DNA of 64,000 bases from an uncultured delta proteobacterium (GTDB lineage: Bacteria > Myxococcota_A > Polyangia > Polyangiales > Polyangiaceae), in assembly GCA_963850305.1 (NCBI GenBank), contig CAWKKR010000008.1, positions 1,408,001 to 1,472,000 on the forward strand. Direction: 5' to 3'. Positions 62,016 to 64,000 of the stretch are shown here, piece after piece (positions within the stretch are counted from its first letter, which is position 1; the number at the start of each line of letters is the position of its first letter). The position numbers and the translations under genes are program-made. The notes under the pieces are model-generated. The model ran no database searches. It was given only the letters and a program-made list of their open reading frames with translations, and was not told the origin of the DNA.

Positions 62016-62251
62016 CCGGCAGCAGGTCGACGACGAGGAGAGCTCGTACCCGATGGAGACCTTCGAGCGGCTCGGGCTCGCGATCCTGGACCACGTAGAA
62101 GGCGCGACGCTCGATGTGGTGTGGCTCTGAGGTCGCTTTTCGGCGTTTCGTGGTCGAGGGTCTCCCGGATCGACATCAGCCGTGCGTCCAGTTGCCGGGC
62201 AGCTGACGGGCGGGCTTCGGCGACGCGAGCACGCTTCCGTTCGGTTCCAGA

Positions 62252-63271
62252 CTATCGCGCCGTCACGAGCTCCAACACTTTCGCGTACGTAGGAGGCGCC
62301 GCGACGGCACCGCGCTCGCGCAGCATGCGGTGCATCCGCGGCAGCCGGTAATACGGGACGGACGGCAGCACGTGATGTTCGATGTGGAAGTTCACACGAA
62401 TGGGGGCCACGGTTGCCCGCGCGAGGAAGCCGGCGTGCGTCGTCCGGGTGTTCCTGAACATATCCCGACCTCGTTCCGTTCCGGCGTGCTCGGCGATGGA
62501 TCGGATGCGCAGGAAAAGCGGGAAGGGCGTCACGTACGAGAGGACCCAGACGAAGTACAGCCACGAGTGCCCGCTCGCTCGACAGGTCGCGAACAAGAGT
62601 GCATTCGTCAGCAGCATGCCTCCCGCGTTCTTGACGAACTCGTACGGATAGCTCCACCACCGCCGACCGTCGCGAGGCAACCAGACCAGCTCGTTCGCAA
62701 CGGTCCACTTGAGGATCCCCGCATCCATCAGCGCTCGACCGAAGAGGTACTTGATGCCCGTCAGACCGACGATGTCGCGTCGGAACTTTCGAGCCAGCGA
62801 CGCCCGTGTCGTCGGAAACGGCTGGATCAGGGACAGGTCCGGGTCGTCCGGTTGGTTCGTTCTCCGATGGTGAATGAAATGGTGCGCGCGGTATTTCCGG
62901 AGATCGTTCCATGTCGGACGTGCGCAGAGCCAATCGCCCACGGCGTCATTGAGCCATCGCGTCTTGAAGAGTGTTCTGTGGGCAGCCTCGTGATGCAGGA
63001 TGGCGAGTCCGAGGTGGCGCCCGCCGAGAACTGCGAAGCCGAGCACGAATGCCGGAACCGCGATCCACGACGGCTCGAAGCTTGCCCAGACCAGCGCTGC
63101 GAAGGTCGCGACGATCACGGTCCAGGTGAAGCCTACCGCGAGCAGTCCCATCAGATCGGAACGCTGGCTCAGCATCCGGATCTCCTCGTGAGTGAAGAGC
63201 TCGGACGTCTTTCGACGCGTTTCCGGCGGCAGGTCCGGGGGCGTCGAGGATTCGGGGATCGACTCGTTCAT
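62252..63271 (-). CDS. membrane fatty-acid desaturase family protein
   Basis: His boxes HHEAAH, HFIHH, HIEHH; start at MNESIPES. Confidence 0.92.
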   Translation of the reverse strand: MNESIPESSTPPDLPPETRRKTSELFTHEEIRMLSQRSDLMGLLAVGFTWTVIVATFAALVWASFEPSWIAVPAFVLGFAVLGGRHLGLAILHHEAAHRTLFKTRWLNDAVGDWLCARPTWNDLRKYRAHHFIHHRRTNQPDDPDLSLIQPFPTTRASLARKFRRDIVGLTGIKYLFGRALMDAGILKWTVANELVWLPRDGRRWWSYPYEFVKNAGGMLLTNALLFATCRASGHSWLYFVWVLSYVTPFPLFLRIRSIAEHAGTERGRDMFRNTRTTHAGFLARATVAPIRVNFHIEHHVLPSVPYYRLPRMHRMLRERGAVAAPPTYAKVLELVTAR

Positions 63272-64000
63272 CTTGAGGCTCCAGCCAGTTGAATCTTTCG
63301 ATGGCGCGCGGGAAGCCGCGCGCGCTGGGCGCCGTCGTCCGACTCCAGCGATGCGAGCACTCGACGCCAGACCGCGTGCCCCGCCTTGTCGAAGCGAAGG
63401 AGCGCTTCCGTGAACGCGCGCCGCTCCTTCACGTCCACGAGGGGAGCCGGAAGCAACGGATCGAAAACGAGGGAGTGAATTGCATCGTGGCCGATCAGGA
63501 ACGACTCTCGCGCCGCCGTCATCGGGTCGAGAGAAGGGGCGCGCTCCAGCCACGCTTCGAGCAGGCGACGAGACTGCGTGTAGGTTTTCATCAGCTTCTT
63601 GCCGTTCCAGAGAGCTCGCGCCCGTGCATCCCAGTCCTCGTCGAAGTCGCTCGCGACGAAGAGACCGCACGCTTCGGACTCGAGCTTCAGCTTGAACATG
63701 CGATCGCGCACGGCCCCGACCCCGCCGACCAGGTTGTCCGGGCGCAAGAACAAGTTCCGCTCGAGCTCCCGGAATCCGAGCAGCGCGAATGCGCGATCAC
63801 GTCGCCTCGACGCCGGGCGATCGGCCCGAGCCAGGGGCGTGCCGCATGCCGCAATCCAGTTCCCGCTCCACTCGCCACGGACGCGCGACTCGGCGTTGCG
63901 CCACATCCGAAGATCGTCGGCGAGGCTCGCCGCGTTCGGCCCAATTCGATACTCGCCGCGCCCCGTGGCTTCGATCTTACCGGCGGCCGACAGGCGTACC
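63268..64000 (-). CDS. PaaX-family regulator (5' end outside window)
   Basis: RGEY, LGF..L...LFLRPDN, LW, DPLLPAPL; open to the window edge. Confidence 0.82.
   Translation of the reverse strand, partial: VRLSAAGKIEATGRGEYRIGPNAASLADDLRMWRNAESRVRGEWSGNWIAACGTPLARADRPASRRRDRAFALLGFRELERNLFLRPDNLVGGVGAVRDRMFKLKLESEACGLFVASDFDEDWDARARALWNGKKLMKTYTQSRRLLEAWLERAPSLDPMTAARESFLIGHDAIHSLVFDPLLPAPLVDVKERRAFTEALLRFDKAGHAVWRRVLASLESDDGAQRARLPARHRKIQLAGASR

Noticed and set aside
62026..62130. Short ORF-like tail (…METFERLGLAILDHVEGATLDVVWL)
   Set aside because: Too short and unassignable; possible remnant
60099..62933. Long antisense ORFs (944 aa here; also 5273-7168, 11839-13644, 14290-15969)
   Set aside because: Shadow ORFs of high-GC genes with no motifs; the opposite strand carries clear genes

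Overview
High-GC bacterial DNA; the gene style (Gly-rich lipoproteins, fused ccoNO, FDxxxxTxV repeats) suggests Myxococcota/Polyangia, which is inference only. (1) 1-5130 is the decayed right end of an element integrated in tRNA-Arg(ACG). It carries a broken HGT/GIYF ADP-ribosyltransferase-like gene with a small partner, a tyrosine-integrase pseudogene, an IS3 remnant, and an intact, translationally coupled three-gene operon (TIGR04255-like + small protein + PemK/MazF-like protein). It ends in a 3' half-tRNA att site. (2) 5.4-22.5 kb holds a RHH/MazF toxin-antitoxin pair, an array of ~21-nt palindromic repeats, three secreted lipoprotein alpha/beta-hydrolases, and a MarR-linked aromatic meta-cleavage-type operon that ends unusually in a MetE-like Zn enzyme and purU. 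(3) 24-31 kb has a heavily frameshifted YbhGFSR-type ABC exporter, LOG and a beta-CASP MBL nuclease. (4) 31-62 kb is a low-oxygen energy island: a full cbb3 oxidase locus, GGDEF, CBS, USPs, an NtrC-type activator with several sigma54 -24/-12 motifs, and ackA-pat-xfp. It also contains a 59-heme-motif cytochrome cluster (NapC/NirT, beta-barrel + 12- and 10-heme cytochromes, a 27-heme lipoprotein, an OmcB-like hexaheme) that looks like a complete extracellular electron-transfer conduit. The strongest novelty candidates are this multiheme conduit and the TIGR04255 tripartite operon. All family calls are from motif recognition; no searches were run.
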